Virus record (IMG/VR): IMGVR_UViG_3300010266_000003
Location: 1-40,271 of that record
DNA from: a virus
Direction: 5' to 3' (one strand)
Length of the DNA: 40,271 nt
Positions within the stretch are counted from its first letter, which is position 1, and each line of letters opens with the position of its first letter. A program made the translations under genes and the position numbers. Under the pieces are notes generated by a model, which did not search any database, was not told the DNA's origin, and worked only from the letters and a program-made list of their open reading frames with translations. Shown in pieces: positions 25,315 through 34,712 of this stretch.

Positions 25315-26140
25315 TATGTTTCTCCTCCATGATTGTCATCTGCTCAAACGGCGGATCATAGTTCAGCCAAATGGTCTCCTCCGCCATCGCCGTGGATGTC
25401 GTTTGTGACATCGTAGTAAATCTGTGCCACCCCTGCAGGGCGTTGTCATATAGCTCCGACCGATACCCTGACAGGACGATACTTGCCTTGCTCCGCGTGA
25501 TAAGCTCCAGCAAGCGGATATGTGCAGCGTCATCCATCTCATGGCGGTACAGTTTTCCGCTTTTCCTGGCGCTAAGCACATAAGGCGGGTCTAAATACAT
25601 CAGCACATCCTTGTTGTCATACTGCTCGATCAGACGCAGCGCATCCATGTGCTCGATCTGGACCAGGTTGGTTGTGCTGCCTCTCAGCCGGGCTGTAGCT
25701 GCTTCGATGTTGTCTGTAATTCCGGCCCACTTACAGGCTGTCCCGCCGATTCGCATTTGCTTGTGATTTCTCCACCCACATTTTCCATTTAATTTTGCCC
25801 CGATTGCCTGTGTGGTCCTGACTATGTACCTCCGCGCCTGTTCCAGCGGATCCTTACACGGCTCAAACGATAGATCATATTCCTCCCGGCTATATGGTGT
25901 AAGTTCCAGTTGCCGTTTTAGATCTTCCGGTTGATCTCGCAAGACGCAGAACAGATTCACAACGTCGCCATCCAAGTCATTAATCGTTTCTACCGCACTA
26001 GGACGCTTTCTGAAGAACACCGCCGCAGATCCGCTGAACGGCTCTACATACACCAATTTTTCATAATCTCCCGGGAAATGCGAAATGATCCAGTCCGCCG
26101 TGCCCCATTTTGATCCTGGATAACGAATAATCGCTTTCAC
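25304..26140 (-). CDS. dam: DNA N6-adenine methyltransferase (Dam/D12 class)
   Basis: 278 aa. N-terminus is IRYPGSKW...YVEPFSGSAAVFF, and the catalytic motif is YLDPPY. The GTG start overlaps the upstream stop. Confidence 0.9.
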   Translation of the reverse strand: MKAIIRYPGSKWGTADWIISHFPGDYEKLVYVEPFSGSAAVFFRKRPSAVETINDLDGDVVNLFCVLRDQPEDLKRQLELTPYSREEYDLSFEPCKDPLEQARRYIVRTTQAIGAKLNGKCGWRNHKQMRIGGTACKWAGITDNIEAATARLRGSTTNLVQIEHMDALRLIEQYDNKDVLMYLDPPYVLSARKSGKLYRHEMDDAAHIRLLELITRSKASIVLSGYRSELYDNALQGWHRFTTMSQTTSTAMAEETIWLNYDPPFEQMTIMEEKHSGY

Positions 26141-26439
26141 ATTCCATCTCCCCGTTTGCCTCTCTCATGCATCTCGGCCACCCACTGCCCATACGTCATC
26201 CCATGGGCCCGGGCCTCCGCTGCCACTTCCAAATTCTCCATGGTGGAGGTGGTCTTACCGCACCGTTTGCACTTATAACGGTAAATGATTTCTGCGTCCC
26301 CGACGCCGTAAGCAACATCGTATCTCCGTCCAATGAGCTCCCAGTCGTGTTGCGAGCAGGGGCAAATGCGCTCTTCCAGCTCCTGTACACGGCAATTTAG
26401 TTTGACAATTTCCGCTTTTAGTTTTTTATCCCAGACCAT
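26137..26439 (-). CDS. Hypothetical zinc-ribbon-like protein
   Basis: ATG 26439 begins MVWDKKLKAEIVKLNCRVQELEERICPCSQHDW...YKCKRCGKT. Confidence 0.6.
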   Translation of the reverse strand: MVWDKKLKAEIVKLNCRVQELEERICPCSQHDWELIGRRYDVAYGVGDAEIIYRYKCKRCGKTTSTMENLEVAAEARAHGMTYGQWVAEMHERGKRGDGM

Positions 26440-26591
26440 TACTCGTCCCTCTTGGCATGGGCGGCATACCCCACCACCATGCGCGTTTGCCCGCATTGAT
26501 CGCATTTTCCCTTGTCCGGGCCGGTCAGCTCGTCCAATTTGTACGCATCCTTCGCCTTTTCTGCGCAGGCATAGCAGAGCTTAATTTTCAT
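26439..26591 (-). CDS. Small Cys-containing hypothetical protein
   Basis: Translated by hand as MKIKLCYACAEKAKDAYKLDELTGPDKGKCDQCGQTRMVVGYAAHAKRDE (50 aa). It has ATGA overlap with the RusA stop and TAATG overlap with the next gene. Confidence 0.5.
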   Translation of the reverse strand: MKIKLCYACAEKAKDAYKLDELTGPDKGKCDQCGQTRMVVGYAAHAKRDE

Positions 26592-26995
26592 TTTGCGCCC
26601 CCTGACAGCTCAGCAATCGAGATATAGATCCCAGGTACTTCCGCCCAAAACTTCTCTGCGATCATAGATGCGACCTGTGCATCGTCCCTCCAAAAGCCCA
26701 CCGCCGTCATACAATCCATCAGCAGCTTTTGGATATTGTCCACGTCAGGCTTTGAGGTCCGGTACTCCCCATCCGCATGGTCTCCGCGCGGGAAGCACCA
26801 CTTCACCAGCAGCCGGATTCCCCCCTCCAGGGGCCGCTCCGGCTTATGTCCGGCCAGGTGGTCCATCAGCTTTGACCGAGCCGCCTTTACTTCATCCGGT
26901 TCATAGGGTACCGGCTTACCATTGACCACCCGCCACTTCTTTTCCTGGTGTGTGGCGGTGGGCGGGATCATCGGTATGAAAAACTCAAGCTTCAT
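26588..26995 (-). CDS. rusA: RusA-family Holliday junction resolvase
   Basis: ATG 26995 begins MKLEFFIPMIPPTATHQEKKWRV...RTSKPDVDNIQKLLMDCMTAVGFWRDDAQV. Confidence 0.8.
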   Translation of the reverse strand: MKLEFFIPMIPPTATHQEKKWRVVNGKPVPYEPDEVKAARSKLMDHLAGHKPERPLEGGIRLLVKWCFPRGDHADGEYRTSKPDVDNIQKLLMDCMTAVGFWRDDAQVASMIAEKFWAEVPGIYISIAELSGGAK

Positions 26996-27218
26996 AGTCC
27001 ACACCTCTCCAGGCACGGGTCTCTGGGTCAAATTTGATATACCCAATTTCCCTCAGAAGGTCCACCAGGTACGCGGCTAGATCCGTGTTGCATTTCACCC
27101 AATCAAGCACACGGTCACCCTGAACCGAGTATTCTCCACCAATCGCCTTTCTCTTCAAGGGTGGCATCTTTTTCGCTACGTTCAATCGCACGTCGCGTTG
27201 TCGCGTTCGCTCTTTCAC
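26985..27218 (-). CDS. Hypothetical protein
   Basis: 77-aa ORF with a GTG start after GAGG. It is the first gene after the structured spacer. Confidence 0.5.
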   Translation of the reverse strand: MKERTRQRDVRLNVAKKMPPLKRKAIGGEYSVQGDRVLDWVKCNTDLAAYLVDLLREIGYIKFDPETRAWRGVDYEA

Positions 27219-27486
27219 GTCTCTTTACCTCGCTAAAGTATCGTTTTTATCACTCTCTCACGCGCGTCTGTACTGGGCGGGTGTCCCTCCCGTGTGTGGG
27301 GGCGGCTTATGAGCCCCCACACTTTAAGGGAGGCACCCGTACAGGGAGGCTTGCCCGACTGGTATTTATACCGTTAGGTATAGTGGTGGCGGGCAGCACG
27401 TTCCCGCCACCTGAATTTTCAGGTCACGGGAACAAGTTTGGGGAACTTGCCTGTCATTCCCGCAACCTTGGTGCCGGGCGGGCACA

Positions 27487-29745
27487 TCACCAGTCTTTTT
27501 CGGATTCCGGGCATATCTTCATGGTGTTTCTGTTGACGATGTACCCGAGTGATTTGAGGGAATTTCTCACCGTTTTTTCGGCCGGCGGGGTCTTTCCCAT
27601 TGCCTCCGCATTCAGCTTAATCTCCTCGTAGAGCTCCTTCACGGTGGGGTATTCATCGTCGTGGGAGAAGCGAAAACTTTCGATTGCCATGTTGTATTGA
27701 CTCTGTTTAGAGTCACGCTGTTTCTCCGCTTTTCCCCTGCGCGCCTTCGCTCCCCGCTGCCAGATGGGTACGTCTGCTTCTGGGCTGATGTCGGCCAGTA
27801 CCCCGCTTTCGTCGCCTCGGTGGACCGGGTAATCAAACCAGAGATTGACGGGCTGAAATTTCGGGAACTCACGTAGAGTCCCCTCGATGCGCCATGCCGT
27901 GTGCGCCTCAGCAGCCTTCCTGGCGGCCTCCACAGCCTCTTGGAGAGCCCAGTATTGCTGGTCGGACAAGAGGCCCCTGCACGCCTCCATGGCCCTGGCT
28001 TCGCTGCACAGATCATCCATAGATGCCTCGGCCAGCTTACCAGCCCCCAGCAGAGCGGAGGAGCAGGCAGCGCACACTGCATTGTTGATTTCCTGCTTAC
28101 GCAGGGCTTCGGATACTTCGAGTTCGATTAGGTCCAGCAGGGCGTCTGGATCACGGGCAAATACGCCAGAGCCGCTGGCCCGGTCCATGGACCGCTTTCC
28201 GCCTTGAGCTCCCTTAGAGTGGTGGTGGCAATAGATCACTGCGCATCCAAGCTCTGTGCAGACCTTGTCGAACTGGTTGCAGAATGCGGCCATCTGATCC
28301 GCGGAGTTTTCGTCTCCGGTGATAACCTTGTAGATTGGGTCAATAACTACGGCGATGTAATCCTTTTTCATGGCCCGGCGGATCAGCTTGGGGGCCAGCT
28401 TGTCCATAGGGACAGAGCGTCCGCGCAAATTCCAAATGTCGATATTGGAAAGATTCCGCGGTTCCCATCCCAGGGCCTCGTACACCTCCCGGAAGCGATG
28501 CAGACAGGACGCGCGGTCCAGCTCGAGGTTAACATAGAGAATGCGGCCCTGCGCGCACTTGAATCCAACCCAGGGACGCCCCTCGGCGACCGAGCAGCAC
28601 AGCTCGATCAGAGCATAAGATTTGCCTGCCTTAGACGGACCAGCGATCAGCATTTTATGGCCCTGACGGAGTACCCCGTCGATCAGTGGCGGCGCCAAGT
28701 CCGGCAGATTGTCCCAGGCGTCCGCCATACACTCCGGGTCAGGGAGGTCGTCGTTTACGCTCTCGATCCATTCCTTCCACTCCGCCCAGGTCGCCTTGCC
28801 CAGATTGGTGTCGATCAGAAATTGCTTATTCCCATTGCGCATAACGCCGGGCATGCGGGACAGCCGGGAGGGGTTCCGGTTTTGGCGGTCGATCTCCAGC
28901 CCATTTTTCCTGCATACCTCATACAGGTAGTCCACTCGCTTGCGGTACTCGTCATAAGAGCATGCGTCAATGCGCACGATGGCATGAATGCTTTTGCCCC
29001 CTGAGTGCACCAGGCAGGCTACCGGCAGCTCCAGCTCGCGTATGATGGCGTTCTGCTCTTCGACCGGCATTGAGTCCGACTCCACCAGGGCGAAACGGAA
29101 CTCCGTCACATTCTCGTTCTTGCAGCCCTGTCCATCCAGGGGATTGAAGCGTATCCATGCACCGGCCTTCGGGCTGTAGTCCCCCAGTACGCTCCCGATA
29201 TCACCGCCGCACCGGCTCAGCCGTTCGATCAGCTCACCGGCAGTACGGTCCCAGTTCCCCTTGGTGGGCAGGTATTTTCCATCCTTCTCCCAGGTCTCGG
29301 TGACATATCCCACGTTCTCTCCTGCTTCAAACAGGGTCTCGAGGTAGGTGATGAGCTGGCGGGCCGGGTCCCAGTCTCCCGGCTCTGCTATTTCCTTGCC
29401 CTCCAGCCAGTTGCGATTAACCACCACCAGGTCCTCTCGGCCCCCGATGACATCGTCCCAACTCAGCTCAACACCGCCTCCATTGGGCCGCCAGCCACGC
29501 TTCATGGCCATTTGGACAATGGTTCTCGCTGTGATCGGCGCAGCGGCCCCGCGGAATGAACTCCATTTCCTTGCGCATTCTCCGGGGTGATAGCGTTTGG
29601 GGTCCCCGCTGCTCCAGCGGTCCCAGTCCTCGGAGGTATAGCCGGCTTCCTTCAAGCCCATGCCAATACCCACCCACTCCTGGTAATCCAGAGATGATGG
29701 GTCTATGTACTCCAGCGCCTCTTTCAGGCTTAGCTCACGGTCCAT
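27487..29745 (-). CDS. Primase-helicase: PriCT-2 + AEP primase-polymerase-like + RecA-type (AAA_25) ATPase
   Basis: 752 aa with RBS GGGAGAG. The N-terminus YQEWVGIGMGLKEAGY...WDRWS...KWSSF is PriCT-2-like. The middle block is LVHSGGKSIHAIVRI. The Walker A motif is IAGPSKAGKSY. Confidence 0.8.
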   Translation of the reverse strand: MDRELSLKEALEYIDPSSLDYQEWVGIGMGLKEAGYTSEDWDRWSSGDPKRYHPGECARKWSSFRGAAAPITARTIVQMAMKRGWRPNGGGVELSWDDVIGGREDLVVVNRNWLEGKEIAEPGDWDPARQLITYLETLFEAGENVGYVTETWEKDGKYLPTKGNWDRTAGELIERLSRCGGDIGSVLGDYSPKAGAWIRFNPLDGQGCKNENVTEFRFALVESDSMPVEEQNAIIRELELPVACLVHSGGKSIHAIVRIDACSYDEYRKRVDYLYEVCRKNGLEIDRQNRNPSRLSRMPGVMRNGNKQFLIDTNLGKATWAEWKEWIESVNDDLPDPECMADAWDNLPDLAPPLIDGVLRQGHKMLIAGPSKAGKSYALIELCCSVAEGRPWVGFKCAQGRILYVNLELDRASCLHRFREVYEALGWEPRNLSNIDIWNLRGRSVPMDKLAPKLIRRAMKKDYIAVVIDPIYKVITGDENSADQMAAFCNQFDKVCTELGCAVIYCHHHSKGAQGGKRSMDRASGSGVFARDPDALLDLIELEVSEALRKQEINNAVCAACSSALLGAGKLAEASMDDLCSEARAMEACRGLLSDQQYWALQEAVEAARKAAEAHTAWRIEGTLREFPKFQPVNLWFDYPVHRGDESGVLADISPEADVPIWQRGAKARRGKAEKQRDSKQSQYNMAIESFRFSHDDEYPTVKELYEEIKLNAEAMGKTPPAEKTVRNSLKSLGYIVNRNTMKICPESEKDW

Positions 29746-29748
29746 GCA

Positions 29749-31329
29749 TTACTCTCCCTGATACGTTGATGGGTCAATGCCGCGCGGCGTTTTCCAGCCG
29801 TTGGCGGCGATCCGGTCGATCATATGCTTGGCAGACTCAAAGGACCAGGTACCGACATGCCGGAATCCACGTCCCTCTAAGAAGCGAATTTGCTTGGGAG
29901 TCGTAAGTCCAGCCTCTCGCCGGGCGCCGAGGCGATCCAGCAGTAGCTTTGCTTTCCCGGCGCTCTCGATCTGGTCCGGAAGTATCCCTAGCTTTTCCAG
30001 TGTGTTCTTTTGCGCATCGCTTGGAGGCCCCATTTCCCAGCCGAAGGCAGGGGTGTATCCCGTCAAATCCTCCGCCTGAATGGACATTTCAAATTGGAGC
30101 GGGTCAACCAACCGCTGTTTCCGGCGGCGCATCTCATGGAGCTGCTTGGCAAGCGCTTCTTCGCGCTGAGCCACTACATCCTCGCTGGCCTTCTGCTCGG
30201 CCTGCTCGATATCCACGGGGCAACCGGCCGCCTCAATATTCTCCGTCATCTTCCGTGCGACTTCTTCATTTTCGCAGATGAGATTTGCCGGGTGGCAGAG
30301 CTCATGCCGCTCCGTGTGCCACAGAAAATCCAGGAGGAGGAGGTGGTCCTTTCCGCGAAACAGCCGGGTACCACGCCCCACCATCTGGCTGTAGAGACTG
30401 CGCACTTTTGTTGGGCGCAGCACTACGATGCAGTCTACAGATGGGCAGTCCCATCCTTCCGTCAGCAGCATGGAATTGCAAAGCACATTGTATTTGCCGG
30501 TGTCGAAGTCGCTGAGAATCTGCGTCCGGTCCTGGCTGGTCCCGTTGACCTCTGCGGCACGGAAGCCATGCCGGAGCAGGATGTCCCGAAATTTCTGGCT
30601 TGTTTTAACCAGCGGGAGAAACACCACCGTCTTACGGTCCGAACAATGCCGGGTCATTTCGTCTGCAATCTGCTCCAGGTATGGATCCAGCGCGGTCCCG
30701 AGGTCGCCGGCCTTGAAGTCGCCAGACTGGACGCCCACTCCGGTCAGGTCCAGTTTTAGGGGGATGGTGAGCGCCTTGATCGGCGTCAGGAATCCCTCCC
30801 GGATCGCCTTCGGCAGGGTATATTCGTACGCCAGGGACTGGAAACACTGTCCCAGGTTCCGCATATCTCCCCTGTCAGGCGTGGCCGTAACGCCGAGTAC
30901 CTTCGCTTGCCCGAAATGGTCCAGGACTCGCTGATATCCATCCGAGAGTACGTGATGCGCCTCGTCCACGACTATCGTTTGAAAATAGTCGTGCGCGAAA
31001 CGGCTGAGGCGCTTTTCGCGCATTAGACTCTGCACGGACCCAACGACGACCCGGTACCAGCTTCCGAGGCAGCTCTCATCCGCCTTTTCTGTCGCACAGC
31101 GCAGGCCGGTCGCCTGCGCCAATTTATCGGAGGCTTGCTCCAGCAGCTCTCCGCGGTGGGCCAGGACCAGCACCCGGTCTCCGGCCCGCACACGGTCCTC
31201 AATGACCTTTGAGAACACGATGGTTTTCCCGCAGCCTGTGGGTAACACCAACAGCGTACGGAGCACCCCCGTCTCCCATTCGTTCAGGATGGCCGCCTCC
31301 GCCTCCCGCTGATACGGCCGCAGCTCCAT
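29749..31329 (-). CDS. Superfamily-2 DEAD/DEAH-box helicase
   Basis: 526 aa. Motifs seen: LRPYQREA, LPTGCGKT, VDEAHH, and the C-terminal helicase motif GRGTRL. Confidence 0.85.
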   Translation of the reverse strand: MELRPYQREAEAAILNEWETGVLRTLLVLPTGCGKTIVFSKVIEDRVRAGDRVLVLAHRGELLEQASDKLAQATGLRCATEKADESCLGSWYRVVVGSVQSLMREKRLSRFAHDYFQTIVVDEAHHVLSDGYQRVLDHFGQAKVLGVTATPDRGDMRNLGQCFQSLAYEYTLPKAIREGFLTPIKALTIPLKLDLTGVGVQSGDFKAGDLGTALDPYLEQIADEMTRHCSDRKTVVFLPLVKTSQKFRDILLRHGFRAAEVNGTSQDRTQILSDFDTGKYNVLCNSMLLTEGWDCPSVDCIVVLRPTKVRSLYSQMVGRGTRLFRGKDHLLLLDFLWHTERHELCHPANLICENEEVARKMTENIEAAGCPVDIEQAEQKASEDVVAQREEALAKQLHEMRRRKQRLVDPLQFEMSIQAEDLTGYTPAFGWEMGPPSDAQKNTLEKLGILPDQIESAGKAKLLLDRLGARREAGLTTPKQIRFLEGRGFRHVGTWSFESAKHMIDRIAANGWKTPRGIDPSTYQGE

Positions 31330-31847
31330 CAGAACTTACCCGCCTGGAACGTCATCTGCTGAGGGGGAGCGCTGGGCGCCGGCGTCTGATGAGGGGCGTT
31401 CGGCGCCGCGGCCTCTTCCCGATCCAGATAGGCGTCCACATCGTTGATCGTCCGCTCTTTCCCATTGCTGTCTGTATAAGAGCGGACGCTGAGCTTCGCA
31501 CGTCCATGCGCCCCAATGACTGCATTCCAATTCATACGGACGCGCTCCCCATGCTGCCTCTGTCCAATGCTGGTGAAAAACGCGCACAACCTCCACTCCA
31601 CGCTGCTGTGCAGATACAATTTGTCCTTGATCGTGGTCGAGCCCTCCGGCTCCTTGAATTGAAGGGATACTACTGCCATATTGCAGGGGGGCAGCTTGGC
31701 TTTTGCGCTGGGGGTATATCTCTGGCGCTCAAATCCAACCACGGTGAAGTCATATTCACCCTCCGGCAATGTGGTGTATTCCGGTCCATCGTTTTCAATT
31801 TCGCTGTCCCAATCGAGCTCGTAGCCCTGGGCGTTGTATTCGCTCAT
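31329..31847 (-). CDS. DUF669-family protein (recombination-module partner)
   Basis: 172 aa with RBS AGGAGGA. Sequence includes ELDWDSEIENDGPEYTTLPEGEYDFTVVGFE. Confidence 0.7.
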   Translation of the reverse strand: MSEYNAQGYELDWDSEIENDGPEYTTLPEGEYDFTVVGFERQRYTPSAKAKLPPCNMAVVSLQFKEPEGSTTIKDKLYLHSSVEWRLCAFFTSIGQRQHGERVRMNWNAVIGAHGRAKLSVRSYTDSNGKERTINDVDAYLDREEAAAPNAPHQTPAPSAPPQQMTFQAGKF

Positions 31848-31865
31848 CTAAATATCCTCCTATGT

Positions 31866-32903
31866 TTAGAATGGAATGGGGCGCTGATCCAGGATCATTT
31901 TATAGACTTGGTCCCAGGCCCCCACCAGTACGCCGGAAACAAATGCGGGGTCATAGTTCTCGAAGGGGGTCCCCTTGGGGTAGTAGCCTCTGGATTCCAC
32001 TGCCGCCATTACTTCACGCAGATCAACACCGCTTTGCTCCATAAGCCCCTTCAAAGCCACAGCCGCCGCCGTACCCTCGTCATCAGCAGCGCAATCCTGC
32101 GCGGCATCCGGCCGCGTCTCGGTCTTCGCAGCGACCTCGGCCGCGCGGGCAGGCGCGGGGACCTCTGAACGGTTCGCGTCCGTTTTCGTCTGCCCCCACG
32201 GGATGCACGCCTGAATCGAGCTGTACTCAAACGGCAGCTCCTCTCCCAGCCCCTGCCGGTTTTTTGCGTCCCAGCAGGGATGGTGGGTCGTGTACATCAC
32301 GCGCTTGCCGCCCTGCGCCTTGATCTTGCCGTCCTCCGTACGGATCGTGTGGGTCTTGTAGTTGGCAAACAGCACCATATCCGCCCACTCCTTCAGCAGG
32401 GGGGCCGTGGTCTTCTGGAGTTTTAGCTCCCAGCGGTCATAGGCCCCCATCTCGTCCGGCTGTTCAAATTTACGCATCTTCGCATGGGCCGTAATCAATA
32501 CATTCATGCCCCGCTCCACGACCTCTTCCAGCAGATTGAGCAGCTTCCCGAAATCCTCCGCCAGATAGGTGTAGCCTTTCCCGTAGCCAAAATCCTCGAT
32601 CCCCGGCTTTTTCGACCGGGCGCACAGATCCGTGATGCACAACTGCTCCGCCCAGTCTGCGGTGTCGATGACCAGGGTAGCATACTCCCCGGGCCGGTCC
32701 CGGAAATACCGCACCTGTTCCATCAGCATGGCCCAGCTTGTCGGCCGGGGCGTCCGGGCCACATCCATGTGCTTGGTGCTCCCCTCTGTGTCGATAAACA
32801 CCGGGCGGGGGAACTTGGACGCGAAGGTGGATTTCCCGATCCCCTCCGGGCCATACACCACGATCTTCAGCGCAGTCGACTGCTTCCCTGTAATGATCTC
32901 CAT
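31866..32903 (-). CDS. AAA_24 / Sak4-like RecA-type ATPase
   Basis: ATG 32903 (TAATG overlap) begins MEIITGKQSTALKIVVYGPEGIGKSTFASKFPRPVFIDTEGS. Confidence 0.75.
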   Translation of the reverse strand: MEIITGKQSTALKIVVYGPEGIGKSTFASKFPRPVFIDTEGSTKHMDVARTPRPTSWAMLMEQVRYFRDRPGEYATLVIDTADWAEQLCITDLCARSKKPGIEDFGYGKGYTYLAEDFGKLLNLLEEVVERGMNVLITAHAKMRKFEQPDEMGAYDRWELKLQKTTAPLLKEWADMVLFANYKTHTIRTEDGKIKAQGGKRVMYTTHHPCWDAKNRQGLGEELPFEYSSIQACIPWGQTKTDANRSEVPAPARAAEVAAKTETRPDAAQDCAADDEGTAAAVALKGLMEQSGVDLREVMAAVESRGYYPKGTPFENYDPAFVSGVLVGAWDQVYKMILDQRPIPF

Positions 32904-34165
32904 TAAAAACTTCCCGCCTTCCATGCCGTGGGTTCTGCGGGCGCCTCTGCGCCTGCCGCATACCCGTCCTCAATAATGATGCTGCACTCTCCGCCAGTGG
33001 ACACCCGGGTGGCAATGCATTGCAGTCCCTCCGACTCAGCCCAGGCCCCAAATTCCCGCAGCGTCTCCAGATCCATCTGCTCCAGTTTATCCAGCAGCAC
33101 AAAACCACACTTGGGGTTGATTGCACGGACGATTGCAGTGGATACCTTCAACTGGTCCGATCCGCTCAGGTTATCCCATCGCTTCCCCTGGTAGGTCAGT
33201 TCCCCCTCCTCCACGGAGAGTCCGGGCAGGGGCAGTTTCGCACCCTGGAGCAGATCCATGCGGGATTGCCGTACCCGTTCGATCTCCGTGGTGAGGGAGG
33301 CGTACTGATTCCCATATTCGGCCGCATCCGCTTCTGCCTTCTCCTTGTCCAGATTGGCCCGCACTTTCCGGTTGATGGACTCGATATCCTGGAGGCTGCG
33401 CTCCAGCTCCTCTGTGGACTGGTCCAGGAGGTCCATGGCGTCTCTGCCGGCGATTTCGCAATCCCGGCAGACGATATCATACTTCTCCTGCATCTCATCC
33501 AATGCCCGCCGAAGCCGCTGTTTCTCTGCCTCGAGCTGCGCGGCCCTGGTGCGCTTGCGCTGGTTCTCGCCATTCTCAGCCAAAATATCCTGCTGCTGCC
33601 GGATAAGTTCACTGGCTGAGACCGGTTCATTCGGGACTCCGGGAAAATCCGGCATTTCCTTTGCAAACTTAGTCTTCTGATCTGCGATCTGGCCGATGGC
33701 ATGCCTCCTGCTGTAGAGCTCAGCTTCCTGCCGATCCAGTGCGTAAAGCTGGTCGCCCACTCCTATGATCTGGAGAAGTGTGTTCGCCTTTTCTTTGCTG
33801 CTGGACTGCATAAACCGCGGCAGGTCCAGGGCAAGCTGCTCTACAAACTCATCCAGCAATTGCTGGCCGGCGCGCCTTCCATCCGGATCGATCACCTTCA
33901 GGTCGCTGTTCTTCCCGGCCCGCTCCACTACGATGCCGTTGGAGAGCTTGACCCGCAGGTGGGGCGGGATGACGGACCCATCTCTTGCCGCCTGCGAAGG
34001 GCGGAACCGGTTGCCGCCAAGTGCCCATGCAATAGAGTCCAACACCGAAGTCTTACCCTGATTATTCCGACCGCCAATAATGGTGAGCCCTCGTTCTGAC
34101 GGTTCTACCTTGATAGCCTTTATCCGCTTGACGTTTTCCAGTTCAAGCTCATTGATTTTCACCAT
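32903..34165 (-). CDS. SMC/RecF-like ATPase with long coiled coil (AAA_23-like)
   Basis: ATG 34165 follows AGAAAGGGA. Translation is MVKINELELENVKRIKAIKVEPSERGLTIIGGRNNQGKTSVLDSI. It has a central coiled coil and a C-terminal LLDKLEQMD (Walker B-like) motif. Confidence 0.75.
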   Translation of the reverse strand: MVKINELELENVKRIKAIKVEPSERGLTIIGGRNNQGKTSVLDSIAWALGGNRFRPSQAARDGSVIPPHLRVKLSNGIVVERAGKNSDLKVIDPDGRRAGQQLLDEFVEQLALDLPRFMQSSSKEKANTLLQIIGVGDQLYALDRQEAELYSRRHAIGQIADQKTKFAKEMPDFPGVPNEPVSASELIRQQQDILAENGENQRKRTRAAQLEAEKQRLRRALDEMQEKYDIVCRDCEIAGRDAMDLLDQSTEELERSLQDIESINRKVRANLDKEKAEADAAEYGNQYASLTTEIERVRQSRMDLLQGAKLPLPGLSVEEGELTYQGKRWDNLSGSDQLKVSTAIVRAINPKCGFVLLDKLEQMDLETLREFGAWAESEGLQCIATRVSTGGECSIIIEDGYAAGAEAPAEPTAWKAGSF

Positions 34166-34256
34166 ACTTGACAAATCCCTTTCTCTGCCCCATAATAGGG
34201 GTGAAACGTTTTGTTTTGCCGCTGTCAGAGCTTAGCCCCTCTGGCGGCGGCTCTTT

Positions 34257-34712
34257 TTATGCCGGCTCCGTCAATTTTTCGATCATCTCCCGCCAGTTTG
34301 GGGGCGGTTTGATGGTCTCCCAGCGGCACACCGTGGACTGGTCCACCCCAAGCAGCTCGGCAGCCTCCCTTTGCGTCAGCCCCAGAGCAATACGAGCGTC
34401 ACGCAGCTCGCGCTTGCCCTCGGCGATCTCCTCCCTGTGGGCCTCGTAGTACCGGCGCTGGGCCTCGGCGATCTCCTCCCTGTGGGCCTCGCGGTACCGG
34501 CGCTGGGCCTCGGCGATCTCCTCCCTGTGGGCCTCGCGGTACCGGCGCTGGGCCTCGGCGATCCGCTTTTGCTTTGAGTCCATGCGGCCCAGGATGGCCT
34601 CCCGATCAATGAGCCGCCCAAGCGCAATGTCGGCATTTGTAACACAAAATGTAGACTCGATCTCTGCGTCGGCACGGGCCATTTCTGCCAGCTCTGCAGG
34701 GGTGAATCCCAT
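34257..34712 (-). CDS. HTH (XRE-like) protein with 15-aa tandem repeats
   Basis: ATG 34712 follows AAAGGAGA. The repeats are AQRRYREAHREEIAE, three copies. The C-terminal HTH is LGLTQREAAELLGVDQSTVCRWE. Confidence 0.7.
   Translation of the reverse strand: MGFTPAELAEMARADAEIESTFCVTNADIALGRLIDREAILGRMDSKQKRIAEAQRRYREAHREEIAEAQRRYREAHREEIAEAQRRYYEAHREEIAEGKRELRDARIALGLTQREAAELLGVDQSTVCRWETIKPPPNWREMIEKLTEPA
34418..34564 (-). repeat. 45-bp in-frame tandem repeat, about 3.3 copies
   Basis: The unit is cctcggcgatctcctccctgtgggcctcgcggtaccggcgctggg, starting at 34418, 34463 and 34508, with a partial copy at 34553. Copies 2 and 3 are identical. Copy 1 differs at 2 nt. Confidence 0.9.

Noticed and set aside
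34418-34564. Possible CRISPR-like array
   Set aside because: The 45-bp units are directly adjacent with no spacers. They are in frame within a CDS, and no cas genes are present.
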